DNA of 64,000 nt, taken from the NCBI GenBank assembly GCA_964247055.1, contig OZ176052.1, positions 2,852,001 to 2,916,000 on the forward strand. Direction: 5' to 3'. How positions within the stretch are numbered: position 1 is the first letter of the stretch; each line of letters opens with the position of its first letter. The translations under genes were made by a program, and so were the position numbers. The DNA comes from Paragordius varius (lineage: Eukaryota > Animalia > Nematomorpha). A model generated the notes under the pieces. The model did not search any database. It saw nothing but the letters and a program-made list of their open reading frames with translations, and was not told where the DNA came from. Positions 50,647-64,000 of this stretch are shown in pieces.

Positions 50647-53600
50647 ACTGTGCGACTTTTATTAAAAAAATTTCTAATCTTTATATGAATTTTATGTTAT
50701 ATCCTTAGATATCATGCTGTAATGACCGAGAAACTGGCTAATTCAATCATTATAACGGCATGGAGTAGTGCATTCCTTATCATTTTTATAGCATCGCACT
50801 TTTTTTTCATTAAACCGGGGCGTCATTTTTGTACGTATCCCATACATAAATATATACTGCTGGCATACTTTATCCTGTTTATCAGTATCTTGTTTGTAAT
50901 ATCACTCTTTTATATCCGTATCTTTTATGCTAGTCATAAACACTTGCTGCTTGCCATTTTTTCCAAAGATTTTTCAGCCCGACACTCTAGTCAAATGAGT
51001 TATAGCCCGGTCCCAGGTCTCAATGAAAACGCCGGCATTAAACCTAAATGGAAATCATCCGATTCGAGTGATATAAGTAAAAAAACTTCCCAATCTCCTA
51101 GTATGCCTGCATACTATTCTGGGGAATATAATCCAGAGGGCAATACGCAAAAACAGAGCACTAAATCACTGGAAAATCATTCAAGTGTTTTACAACCACT
51201 CATTGAACAGGTAAGCGTTGAAGAAAGTGAATCTAATAATATAAATAACAATCGTGACAATTCAAAAAGTAATGTAACAAATTCCTCATATCCAGCTTAT
51301 TATGCTGGTGAATATAATCCAAATAATGGGGTTATAGCGACTACATCCTCTTCTGTCAGCCAACAGCCTGCGAATCATAAAACTACCCAACAAGATTCAA
51401 AAGTATCAAACTTCAATAAGGGACAATTGGAAGAAATTGGTGCGAATAAAGATAAAGCAAAACCTCATTCCATTCTACATCACTCCACACAAGATTCGAA
51501 TCAGAAAAAAATTACGCCTCCTTCAAATACAGGGTACCCTGCCTTTTATTCTGGTGAATATAACCCAAATCCTCCCATCTTCAATCAAGATTCAAAGAAC
51601 GCCATAATGGAAAATAAGAAACAAACTGTACCAAGTCTAATCACGACTCAACAAATGCAAGATTGTCAAACTCAAAATACATTACCATCTGATGAAGATG
51701 CAATAAAAAATAATAAGAGTACTAAAGATTTAGATAATACAAAGCGTAAGGAGCCAGATACATTTTTAACCTTACCACAGGACACATCCATATTGTCTTC
51801 CCTGAATAATACAGAAACCAAAATTGAAAAGAATCAGAATAATTTAGATCGTGTCGAACTCTCGCCAGAGCCAATATATCAAAGCAACGATACCTTAACT
51901 AACCCGTCTTCGACAGATAAAAAGGATACCGTAGATCAAAATCAAAACACACATTTACCCCCTCATGGTATAATGAAAATACCACGTATATCATTTGCAA
52001 AATCTTTGGAAGATGATATGTCCACAGATCAGAATTATGATAATGCAATGCATTCATCAAAGGATAGTCTTAAAATTCACAAAAACAGTAATGGCATAAA
52101 TGATAAGGCAAACGTTGCCTTTGCACCGATAAATCCGTCTTTGGATTCCGTTTCCTCCGATCAAGATAACTGCTTATCACCACAAAGCAGTATGATGGGT
52201 GGAAAAAAAGATGGGAGATTTCTGCAAAAATCTCGTACAGTATCGATCCACGATGAATCAAAAACTGTAAATTTTTTAAAACGGCTATCCGCACCAGCCA
52301 AAAAAATTACGACAGGTAAATAGATTTTATTTATATATTATATTTATTTTAATCTTTTGTCAAACAGAAAAGAATTTTTAGGGCATTAGGGATTGAAACC
52401 TTAATCGTTTGTAATGGTATAGATTGGTTAAAATTTACACTTAGTATTGATACAGTAAATTTACTCTAAAACAAAATAATCCAAAAAAGTTCTTGACTAC
52501 TCTTTATGTCTGAAAAATACAAAAATTTATCATTTCATGACCTTTTGGTGTAGTTTTATAACACAAGCCATTGGAAATTTAAATATCTTACAAAATATTT
52601 TTATTGGGCCAAATTAAAAACTATGCTTTCTTTAGTCTTCTACGCCATTTTTGAAAAAATGCAAAATTGTATAAAAATCTTTATCCTTTTTGCCGCCATT
52701 TCTGATTTTTTTTCAAATCGCTGATACAACATGCAAATGAATGTGCTTTACGGCTAAATAATGTAAGTAATTAACATTGGAAAGCTTTAAAATACAAGCT
52801 ACAATATTTTGATTCAGCTGTTTGCTTCAATCGTGTTTTTAAGCTATCCGAATTCCGGACTATAGAGTTAAAAACTGTAAAATCTTTAATTTTTATCTAA
52901 AAGGTTTGATAATTGATTTCAACCAAAACAATTCAGAAACGAATATCGTTTACGAAAAATCAAATGTAATTAAGTGTTAATTAAAACACAAACTAAAAAT
53001 AGAGTTAACATTGTATTTGAAAGTTTTGAACCTAGGTTATGGTTTCAATCCTGGACTAAACCATATAAAAAACCATCATTTTATGAATTTAATTCTTATA
53101 TCCTTTTATATGACTTTTGTGATATTATTGTTTTCTATCAGACAACCTTGTTTTTGAGTTTTTTGACCATATATCATCTAAAAATAAGTAAAAAGTTTAA
53201 TCAGATAAAATAAAACATTTAAAAAATATTAATTGTGACAAACAGTAAAAAAATACGGACAAAACTTAAAATTATACAATCATATTTTTATAATCTAATT
53301 TTTACCCATAACTCTTCATTTTTAGTCACAAAACACAGATATATGTGTAATTCGCTTTAATATATATAACTTAGCATAATCAAGATGGGAAAAAGTTTGG
53401 TTTTTGTTCAAAAAAATATTTGTCAATTTATGATTTGTCCGTATTTTTTAGTTTTTATTCTACAATTTTTACATTTATTATTCATTTCAATTTTTTAGAT
53501 CACAAACGGCGTGAATCGGCAGGCGTTATGATTGCATCAAAAACTACCATAATGATTGCTTTTATAGTTGGTACTTTCACTCTCTTGGGTTTTCCAATCC

Positions 53601-54498
53601 AAGTTGCCGAATACGTTATGATATTCCACGATGATAAGATTAAAAATTTTAAAGCTTTTTACATTATCCACATAATCTTGGTAACTATGTATTATTCCAA
53701 CAGTGCTATTAACCCTTACATATATGCTTGGAAAAATCGAGATTTCAGGGATTCTTTCAAACGGGTCCTACTTTGTCGAGGAAAGGAACATGGATATCCT
53801 GATGACTTACCGCCTCGGTAATTGAATATTGTAAAATTTTGCAGACGACAATTTATCGACACATCAATCAACATTTTATATGATTATTTAGCTAAAATAA
53901 AAAATAATATAATCTCTGCTAAATAAAGGACATCTGCCAGCATATAAATCAGGAGTATTTTATTTGCAAAATTATCAAATAATGAAAAAATTTGCAAAAA
54001 TATTTTATTAAAAACTTGAAATATAAATATAACTTAATACTAATGAAATAGCAATGATTGGTGTTTCAAATAAAAGATATTTGTTTTCGTAATCTTATCA
54101 TAATCTTATGTTTGAATTTAACTTAATATTTTGATGGCCCATATATGATCGCGATACTATTTGTGTAGACCACCCCCGATTTAGTTTGTAATATTGAACA
54201 TGATACACTTTAATATCCACTGTAGATGGGTTAATTATATTTTTTAATTCATAGGTTAAATGTTTATTTTAACTCCTTTTTTTTCACGTACAGACATAGT
54301 AGTACTTTTCAAGCTCGTTTAAGCCGCATGTTTAGTTACATGTCAAAAACGAATCCCAATTCCGCTAATCATAATCATCGAAGCGGAAGTGTTCAGAGTT
54401 CCCCATCTTGGAAGAAATCACAAAAGGGTACAAATAATACTTTGTCTGCAAATAATTCAAAATCTAACAAACTTTCCACAAAATCTTCCAAGGTTTAG
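40242..54498 (+). CDS. Class A (rhodopsin-like) GPCR, adenosine/biogenic-amine-receptor-like orphan, ~1362 aa with very long N-terminus and ICL3
   Basis: Frame-consistent exons 40242-42094, 49396-49500, 50709-52315, 53499-53817, 54294-54498 (4089 nt). TM2 SLAVADLFVG, C3.25 plus TM3 DRY, ECL2 Cys, TM7 NSAINPYIY, helix 8 AWKNRDFRDSFKRVL. Start codon is uncertain. Confidence 0.88.
43087..43699 (-). mobile_element. Second, shorter and frameshifted copy of the same RTE LINE in GPCR intron 1
   Basis: Reverse complement aligns with ~20225-20850. Has a (TAA)n tail and an approximate TSD TATGTTTT at 43079-43086 and 43700-43707. Several small indels. Confidence 0.85.
44960..46430 (+). mobile_element. 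Complete non-autonomous Helitron (1471 bp) in GPCR intron 1
   Basis: 5' TC after A. 3' GC-rich hairpin GCTGC-GTA-GCAGC followed by CTAG then T. No TSD, no ORF. Confidence 0.8.
48869..49050. mobile_element. Tc1/mariner-type hairpin MITE
   Basis: GAGTAAGTATATATTGCTA...ATTATTGCTAAATAGCATAT pairs with ATATGCTATTTGGCAATAAT...TAGCAATGTATACTTACTC(ACACTG|TA). Confidence 0.6.
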
Positions 54499-55132
54499 TA
54501 AATTATTTGGAGAGACGAAAGTAATTAAGCTTAGAAAAGAGAGTCTATATACGATAAGGTACTAACTAACAATAAATTTGCAATATATGAAAACTTAAAC
54601 AATTACTATTTGTCATATAGTGACAAGCCATTTCTCAATAATATATAGTGAAAAATTAAATTTGCTATCTATAGATATCTATTTTCCATGTCAAATTTAT
54701 TTAATATAGTTAATGTAATTTATAATTTTTTAATCTTATTTATGCACAACATGTTTTATAAACAGTTTTATACTATAAATTATATATATTTATTAAAACC
54801 AACAACTCATCCCTATCTTAAATGCAATATTTTGAATGAATATTCATGTGAAAATATTATAACACAATAAATTTTTTATTATGTTATCTAGTAGAGTACA
54901 ACTCAGTTCTAATTAAATGCATTGAACTGGAACTAAACATATTTTTCATTTTACCTCCGATAGGCTACTGGTATAAATACTATTTGATACCCTTTTCAAT
55001 TAAGTTATGTTGTTGCTAAAAAGTTATATGGTGTAGTAAATTTTCTTCAGTTGGCTACGATAACTGTTATCTATTTGTTGTAGAAATCTAAGATTAATCA
55101 TGACATCCTGTTTGTTTCAAAGTATTTAAATT

Positions 55133-56070
55133 TTTACCAGGTGAACTCATATTACGGGAATGATAAGAGAATACTTTAGCGAAAAGTAGGCAGCCCGTTT
55201 TTGACAGACGTCTATGTGTTTATTTGACACAACCGAAATCACACAAGTTGAGTTTGCCTAAAACTAGGGTTTTATTTTTATCATTTTGTAATCATGCCAA
55301 ATTTCGGGCCTGAGTGTTTTTCTTATTATATCAGAAAAAAAGGATAAATGCAGGTATAAACATATGGTAAACATGCTCCACCAATTGTAACATATGAAAA
55401 AGGGTTTCGAAAAATTAAAAATGATTTCAATTTGAAAGAGAGCAAAACTGCGAAGATGATAAAGTTCAAGAGCTATTGTATGATGACCGAACTCAATGGT
55501 AATTGTTGACACTAGCATAACACGTATCATAAATCAGCAGCTACCAATATGTAAAACCAAACTCGCTAAATGGGTTCCACATAATATTAATGAACAAAAT
55601 CTAAAATGGCAGAGTATGTTGTGAAATCCTGCTTGAACGTCAAGAAAAAATTATTTTTGCGTCGAAACGGAGATTTAACTTTATTTTGCAATTCCAAAGC
55701 TGAAAAAAACCTGCTTTCATGTTGCCAAATCGGTCACCTATAAATGCCAAATAGCTTCAGCAAGATGATATCTGGGTGGTACCTGAGCAGTAATGTGTAA
55801 TATGTACTTTTGAAACCCTTAATACACAACGCTACCGCCAAAAAATGAATGATTTTAACTATGCATTAATTGAAAAATTACCGGAATGGACGAGAAGACA
55901 TGACAAAATAATTTTTTTGTAGAACAATATATTTTATGGCCAAATGTTTGAGAAAAATGTTTTTTACAATTAATTTTTTAATATGTTCAGGCCATATGCA
56001 ATTCATAATTCCCATGAGAATATCTAATTATAAAAAGTTCGTCAACGATCCGTAAAAGTACTGTGAACTA
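55133..56070 (+). pseudogene. Decayed mariner transposase
   Basis: AKWVPHNINEQNL (mariner WVPHEL motif) at ~55565-55605, plus degenerate downstream mariner-like segments. Candidate left TIR TA|CCAGGTG. Boundaries approximate. Confidence 0.6.
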
Positions 56071-56787
56071 AAAATAAAATTTTATCAAATTTACCATTTG
56101 TATTAATAAATAAGTTCGAGGCCTAATTGATTGCTAAATTTCGTATAATTTTATTTAGTTACAAACAATATTTGCACTTCTGGTAATAAAATTTGACCAA
56201 CGCAACTTTACCAGCCCATATCCATTATATTAACACATTTTATTTTTCCATCTATAGTTAATGATGAATTATAACCAATGTTAATATTGACAGAATGAAA
56301 TATTTCATGTGCCATATCACCATTCGTTTTTACCAAATAATTTGAAATAATATAGCAGAAAGGATTTATCAACACAATAAAATTATTTTATTTTGGCGCA
56401 TAGGACTTTTGATCTACGGTATATGTGGGATAAATATGCAACTTTTCTAAGTAAATATATTTAACAGGACAAAAAATTATATTTTATATGTATATGAGCA
56501 TAAGCATTAATAAATTTATTAATAATATAAATAATTTGGTCAATATTTGTGATTTTATAAAAAAAAATACATATATTTTAATTACATATAATTTTAATGA
56601 CATATATTAATTAAGATATTAAATATTGGAATTTAACCATAAGAATGTACACACACGCATTTAAAAATCATTTATAAAATCGGTATTATTTTACGCATGT
56701 TCTATATAGGAAGACGAATATTTAAATATATGTTTTAGTGACATGAATAATCATTTGAAAAAAATTAACATTAATAAATTATATTAG

Positions 56788-56818
<31 letters not shown>

Positions 56819-57096
56819 AATTTTGCAAAAAACATATATCTAAAAATTATGGTGTGCTAAAATTGAATGCCATTTAATTTGTCTCTAAACTTAGATATTA
56901 TGTAGAGGTATCATGTTTATAATTTTATTTTAACAAAGTTAATATTATTATCAATAAAGTATTAGCTAATAAAAGTGCCACATAAAAATTACAATTGACT
57001 ATTTTTGTGGAACATTTTTTTACTATCACATCTATATGATTTGATTTGTGCTTTGAAAAAAATCAAAAAAATCAAAAAATAAACGATATGGAGAAT

Positions 57097-60000
57097 TTAA
57101 ATTTGGGGTAAACCCATTTTGGTTCTTGGGGGAAGGGGTGGTAAGGCAGGTGGCGGATGTGAAGGGGGAGGTAAACTGATATCATTATTATTATTATTTT
57201 CGTTATTAATAAAAGAATTGAACGGACATTCGCTACTTAATTCATGACAATTATTTGGCTGTTGTTTTTCTTCAAAATATCCAATGTTGGCTAAATGATT
57301 ATCGCGATTATTGCTGGTATAAGGGTATGGGTCAGAAAAATGAGTCTCAGAATTAACCAAGTGTGGTTGTTGAGAGATATTATTGTTATGATTATTAGAA
57401 CAACCAAACGCTGTCCATGATTGTGAATTTGTTATCATTGGAAACATGTCTTTATTATCCAAGTGGTTGATGGATTCGGTAACATTGTGAAAATGAGCAC
57501 CTACAGGGTCTGTTGGATATTGTGTTTTGGTGGTAAAATCTAAAAAGTATTATGTATTATTGCGAAAAACAGTTTTATGCTACCATAATATACCATTTAA
57601 AGTTCAAATTCACCCTCGAACAATTCAAATTCACCCTAAAAATAAATTATGTGTTTTCGATAATATGATATATATCTTTATGGCATAGTATATTATTTTT
57701 TCAATATTAATATAATTTAAAACATAATTTTAATTTTCAAAAATATATAAAAATATAGGTAAATTTTAAAACAATATAATTTATTTGAGGGTGAATTTAA
57801 ATTGTTCGAGAGTAAATTAAAATCGTTCAAGGGTGAATTTAAATTGTATATTGTATATGATAAAACGTTAATTAAAAGACAAATATGTTTCGCAAATTGA
57901 CCATACTTTCTTAAAAAGGGATATATTTGAATATAAATCATCGTTTTGTTTTGATAAATAGATATGTAGCGTCATACATTCTCATTCAATATATCATTTA
58001 AAATATTAACTTAAATAGTTTATGTGGGAAAGATCAAGACATAAAAAAGAAAGTATGGTCGTCTTTATTTATAAAATTTAGTTTATACTTTATCGTCCGC
58101 ATAAATTTAATTTTTACTGTATTTATAAAACGGCTAACAGGGAACGAAAAATTTTATGTTATAGGAATGAAACAAACATTTGCAAAAGCCTATCGAAATA
58201 AGAGCATTAAAATTAAATGAACCATTTAAAATGAAAATAATTATATTATGTGATAAATTTTTATTATTAAATCAAAAATTAATGACAATTCTTTTCAAAA
58301 TAGGCAAGAAAGTAGCATGTTAAATATACAAATTTTTTTGGGCAAAATTTGGGTTTAAAACCCAAAATATTAAAAAAATTACATAAATAGATACAATATT
58401 TAGCAATCATTATACAAAAATAAAACAAATAAACTCCTTAATAAATACAAGACTGATGATGGTAATCTTATTCGGTATATACTATTTCATAAAAAAATAT
58501 ATATCAAAATTAACTGAAAATTTAAAATTAAATATCGCTTCCAATCACGTATATAGCAGATATATTTGAAAAGGCGTGATGTATTGAGGCTGAATTTAAA
58601 TTAATATAGAGTTTTAAGACATGCGCTCATAACCTATACTGCACACGTGAAAGAATCACCCTAAAAAACCATCTTTTTTACCCAATAAAAAAAATTATAA
58701 GGTAAAATTTTAATCGAATTTTACCATTTGGGTTAAGGTTTGATGCGTGCCAATTATCTTGTCTCAGTACGGAATCGCTGTCCCACACTGAGTTATAATT
58801 GTATTTATGATGATCATTGGTTGTATGCTATGTGTCAATTGTTATTGCCAAAGAATAAAAAATAGTAATTTTATTGATATAACTGTATATTTATAATCTG
58901 ATATTCAATAAAATGATAAATAACTTAAAAGACAAAAATTTTAAATGGGTTAATTTATTATGTATCCACACAACCTCAAAGGTAAGCTAAAAAAAGTATA
59001 TATTTTTTTTGGAATGTAGAATGACATATTACAAGTTTAATTAATTTTAAACCAAGAAAAAATATGAAAAATAGCCTTCAGCACCCCATTATTAGCCATA
59101 TTAATTTTAGGAGAAGATTGAACATTACTGTAATGACCTTTTCCTTATATCTAAATTATAAAAAAACACCGGACGCGCGCAAAACACAAAATTTAATGTT
59201 TTAAATTTATAAATTAGACATTTATTTATATTACCTGTTCTTGTTGATTTGTAGAAGGTATTCTAGATGATATAAAAGTGTTATTAGTGGGAGGCTGATC
59301 ATCAATATCAATAAGTAGGGTGCTTGGTTCATTCGAATGAGATCTCATCGTAAAATTTTGTCCAGAATTATCATTCCAAGGATCAAAGGTAGAGCGAGAG
59401 TTATTAGGTGTGTTTGTTTGTAAATCTATACCTTTTTATAAATAATATTATAACTATTAGAGAACAAAACTCTTTTAATTAATTCAAAAAAAAAGTTTTT
59501 CAATTAACCCGAATTTAATTTAGGTGGAGGTGGCCTTTTAGGCGGTAAATTTGGTAGTGCTCCTACGTTGTTTGAAGATTGTTGTAATTTGGTTGATTGT
59601 GATTTTTTGACAATAATTTCTTTTATTGGGTTGATGTCAGGGCTCTTTTTTTCGGTAGAAAAAGTTTTTTGTAACTTTGATACTGAAGCAGCCTTTTGCA
59701 ACGCATTTGTCGTTTTTGCGGCAATTTTATTAAACATGGATGATTTTTGAATGCCGTCATCATCATATGTTCCGATATTTTCATTGCAGTTGTTATCAGG
59801 TGAGAGCTCTTGACCAGTAAAATCTTGAAATGATTGGTATTTATTTCGATTGGCGCCATTTATTAAAGAGCCATTTTTGTCTGACTTAGGATTATTGCTG
59901 TTATTATTAGTGTTCAATAAATTGGTCGAATTATTTAACAGGGATGATGATGAGAATTTCCTTACAAACATTTGTTTCATGGCTTCAGGTTGAATATTTC

Positions 60001-63000
60001 GGCTTGAAAAATCTTGTTGAGTGTGAGTTGCGTCTTCTACATGACCTTTTGGAAAAAATTATTGCGTAATGATTTTTTATAAGAATAAATATTTTCAAAT
60101 AAGGTATAAATCGAAAACTATAAAAATATTTATAATGATTGTAGAGGCAGGTAATATTAACTGCTCCAAAATAAAAACGTGGTATTGTCAATATTTACCC
60201 TTTTACATTTTACGATACTTGTTTTGTTTTGCCATAATATATAAGATAAAAAAAGGAGGTGTAAAACACTAATAATTTTATTGATACAAAAATAAATAAA
60301 ATGTATCACCATATAAATTATTTATAAATCCCAATTTCAATGCCAAAAAATATGAGAATTAAAACATATTTTTTATTTTTTTACCTTTTTTTTATTTTAA
60401 GATGCGTAATAAACACTATTATAAAAATAATGATATATTGGAGTATTGGTTATTGGATTTGAATTATTTATAAAATAATACAACATTTTACAGGTAATTA
60501 GGTGATATTTATATTGGTAAAATTTTTCCGATATTTTAGATATATATATATTAAGATGCTTTTATATAGTTATTCAAGTTCTGATACATTTAGCATGTAT
60601 TTTACCTTATATTAAGGTTTATAATTAATTATAAACAGAAAATATACAATTTCATACGCGGATCTTATTTATAAAAAATATAAAATGTAACTCGGTAAAT
60701 TGGTATTTTTTAAATGAATGCCATGATTTAATAAATATTTTGATGTAAAAAAATTAGATTTTTAACATTTAAGTTGCATAAATACAATAATAAAATAAAG
60801 TTATAATCATACCAATTTCGTCGCTTTCAAATGGTTCGTTATGATCTATATCGGCATCGATAACCTCACCTGCAAAACAAAACAATTTAATAAAAATAAA
60901 AAGATATAAATATATATATAAATTAAAATATAAGATATATAATATATTTTTATGTTACCATATTCAGGGTGCAGATCTAACATATTTTCAATCTTTGACG
61001 ATAAATATTCGGGATCATATTTTTGTGCGTAACTGTTTTCATGGTTCATAGAGTTGGCTGAGATATTATAAAATAAGGCAATAACGCTTTTTGTTCACAA
61101 AACAATATTTTTCCATTAGAGGCACGTTATTTTTATTTCAAAAACAAATTATATTAAATTACAATTGTTCTTAAATGAATTTATTCTGAATAAAAAATGT
61201 GCAAAAAGTTAATATGATGATGGAATATCAAAGCTTTTGTTTCCAAAAAAAGATTAGTAGTTTTTCAATGAAAAAGGGGTATAAACATAAGGATTAGATA
61301 TGTATTAAAAATACCAATCGAAGAATGTTTCTTAAGCATTAATAATGATTGTAGAGATGATGTTGATACTCCATTACCCATAAACAAATATTGATTGAGT
61401 TTTATAAGGTTATAGAGTTGTTTTTGCGAAAGTTCTTGCCAATCCAAACGACAAGGCATTATGGCAAGTTCCAAATCTTGACTGCATATTAAACAGCAAA
61501 AGCGGTTTTAAAAACTTAATTTTGTTAATGCTTATCAATAAAAAACTTTAAAAATATTTTTGTTTAGAACAAATTAAGCACCAATAATTATGATATAATA
61601 AACTCCTATTTTTATAATTTTTACCTTGTGTGATACATATCATGTAAAAACCAATAAATCATAAATAAAAAATATGTCCAAAAAAAATAATTTTACCATT
61701 TAATATAATTCGACAAGTTATCAATAGATATAATAGAATAATGCGCTTAGTTCCGTTGAAAGGAGAAAATAGCGTATAAAAGTGATTTTGAGCGCCATTT
61801 ATAAAAAAAATTTAAGTTTTAAGTACAATAAGAAAGAACATTAAGTATAAAGCATTAACTCAACAACAGGTTAAACGGCGCTTTTTGTCCTAAAATTAGG
61901 ATAACTTACTCCATATATTCAATAAAGTTGCTTTATGTTAAAATTAATAGAGACAAAATCAGACCAAAAACATATCTATTTTTAATTGAATAAATTGTGT
62001 TTTTATTTAAGATTTCTCATGTTTCAAATTATAAATAAAGCCTAAATCTTTATAAATTACTAAAAAAAGTTTATTTCTACCAGATTTATTACTTAAAGGG
62101 ATTGCTTAATCATTCATTAAAAAATCATTAAACATGTATATATCCATTACTTGGCATCCTAAATAATATTATTAAGTAATGGGTAAAGTTTTTTTATATG
62201 AATGAATGAATCTGTTCGGATTGTCATATCGTTTTATATTTTCTTTTAAAAACCTATTCTTTTATAAATTATTGTTTTGAAAGTTTTTTTAACAAGATAA
62301 TCATGGTTTATTTGCAACTTAAGGCAATTTTTAACCAATATGAATGCAAATTATTTGATTAAGAAAATTTTAAAATTTAAATTGAGTTTTGCGGTCAAAA
62401 ACTAAAAATGTCCGATGTAATGTGGTAATTCATTTTAATATAATGGCTACATGTATTCGATATACAAATAAGTATTTGACTACTGCCCGTTTAGGATAAA
62501 TCTAATATTGTAAAAATATGAAATGTATAAAAATTATTAATATTTTTATTTAAATATTTGTAGTATATACATTGATACGAATGAAATTTTATATACAGTC
62601 AGTCGATAATGCAAATTCCAATACCAATAATAATATATTAAAGGGTTTAAAATTAATTTTTAGCCGTTAAAACAAATATATTACCTTATAAAGCTTGAAA
62701 GTTTAGGTGACCGGGGTAATTTTGTATTGCACAAATGTTTGAGAGAAAAATAGGCAGAATATCCTTTAGAAAATGTACAAGTAAGCCCATATATATAATA
62801 TAGAGGTATTAAAGTTTTTGTCTCGTTGTGCTGTTGTGGACTGTTATGATAGGCATTAAGGATATCATCATTTTCACTTATAATATTTTGATCAAATCTA
62901 GCAATAATAAGTAAGTAGGTATAACAGACATACAAACATTTTTTTTGAAAAAAAAATGTTAAAATATGTAAAATTTAGGGTACAAAATTTATTCTTAGAT

Positions 63001-63780
63001 ACTTTAATAATTAAAATCAAAAATGTATATCAAGGATAAATTTACTAAATAATAATAATAATAAAGTTTAATAATAAGGAGTTTTAATGATTAGCAATTA
63101 AATATTATATAAAAATTAAAACTACGCTAAATACTTTAAAATCGAGCAATAAATATAAAAAAACATGCTTAATAATTTGCATAAATAAAAAACTTTACTG
63201 ATATAAAAACTATTTGGACTCAACTTATACCTTAACCACAAAATGTCACCAGCTTGGGAAGTAAGATAAGAGTTAATAGATTGATATACTTCGTGTAAAA
63301 CTTCGTCACTATCATTAAAATCTCCATTTCTCCCAATGGCATATTCTAACATTTAAAAATAATTTCTCATATATATTATTTATGTAAATAATAAAAATAT
63401 ATTCAAATAAATTTGATAAATGAACGTTATTATATCGAATATATATATGTATATAATTTAACATTATAATAAATGTCAGCTATTTTTATAAAATATTAAT
63501 TATTTTAGTATAATCAAGAAATTTAAATTTTTAAACTATAATATTTAAAAATATTTCATATTTATCAATATTTTAAAAGAAATTGATTAGAATTTTCAAG
63601 ATACTATATTATATTTTACTTTGAGTATGTGAGACAGGAACCGGATTGTTTCCAATTTTAAGGTAAATGCGAATGGATCTATCCAAAGGTCCGGTGGCCT
63701 CTATCAGTTTTGGGAGACATTTGGAAAAAAGATCAATCGATAAAATACGAATGTTCATGTCAAACATACCATAAACTGGT
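57097..63780 (-). CDS. SYNJ1: Synaptojanin, 3' part (end of 5-phosphatase, DUF1866/RRM-like domain, proline-rich tail); 5' part lies beyond the window
   Basis: Frame-consistent exons (minus strand): 63620-63780, 63231-63345, 62685-62897, 61315-61481, 60959-61057, 60813-60869, 59509-60045, 59235-59431, 58725-58827, 57097-57539. RPVYGMFD...GPLD..., GDILWLRF, TF..G.SA..SL and DW..L follow the synaptojanin (DH)RPV / GPPD / GEVILIRF / WVTF / PDW pattern as I recall it. Pro-rich tail. Confidence 0.8.
57589..57850. mobile_element. MITE of the CAAATTCACCC-repeat family in the last synaptojanin intron
   Basis: TATACCATTT...AAATTGTATA termini and an internal sequence homologous to 34392-34685. Confidence 0.75.
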
Positions 63781-64000
63781 CTGTGATAATAAAATAAAAA
63801 AAAAATTGCGATTATATATATATAAAGAATGTCTCAAATGGTATAAATTTCAAAAATGTTTTAAGATTGCAAAAAAGATGCCATAATTAGAATTAGAATT
63901 CAGTTTTATCAATAAAAATATATTTAGTAATGCGGAGATAGCTAATTTAAATTATAAAAATTAAAAACAAATATGTATATAACAACTATATTGTTATATA

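Noticed and set aside
51106-51567. Repeated GEYNP peptides as a neuropeptide precursor
   Set aside because: They lie between TM5 and TM6 (cytoplasmic) and are not flanked by dibasic cleavage sites.
62681-63352. Innexin-like reading of ORFs 63122-63352 and 62681-62935
   Set aside because: The resemblance (KVFYLCKLL) lies in intron read-through. The spliced exons fit synaptojanin DUF1866 instead.

Overview
Very AT-rich eukaryotic (animal, probably invertebrate) genomic DNA with spliceosomal introns; the species cannot be determined from the sequence. All gene identities come from manual translation and motif recognition, not database searches. Host genes: the last exon of a RhoGAP gene (+, 109-318); a complete fibulin-1-like gene (+, ~10972-22768); eIF2B delta (-, 23134-28298), head-to-head with an NDUFA11-like gene (+, ~28939-30547); a very large class A GPCR gene (+, 40242-54498, ~1362 aa); and the 3' part of synaptojanin (-, 57097-63780, continuing beyond the window). 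Introns and intergenic DNA are full of mobile DNA: two related RTE-clade LINE copies with target-site duplications, a non-autonomous Helitron family (one complete copy plus truncated and tandem copies), decayed hAT and mariner transposases (including a mariner>hAT>MITE nest), and several MITE/foldback families. The most unusual observations are (1) the GPCR, with a ~550-aa N-terminus carrying furin-type sites and a ~475-aa third intracellular loop holding three copies of a PA(Y/F)Y(S/A)GEYNP motif, (2) 30-nt and 23-nt GT-AG micro-introns in the head-to-head gene pair, and (3) a frame-intact RTE copy inserted into one arm of a near-perfect DNA palindrome.
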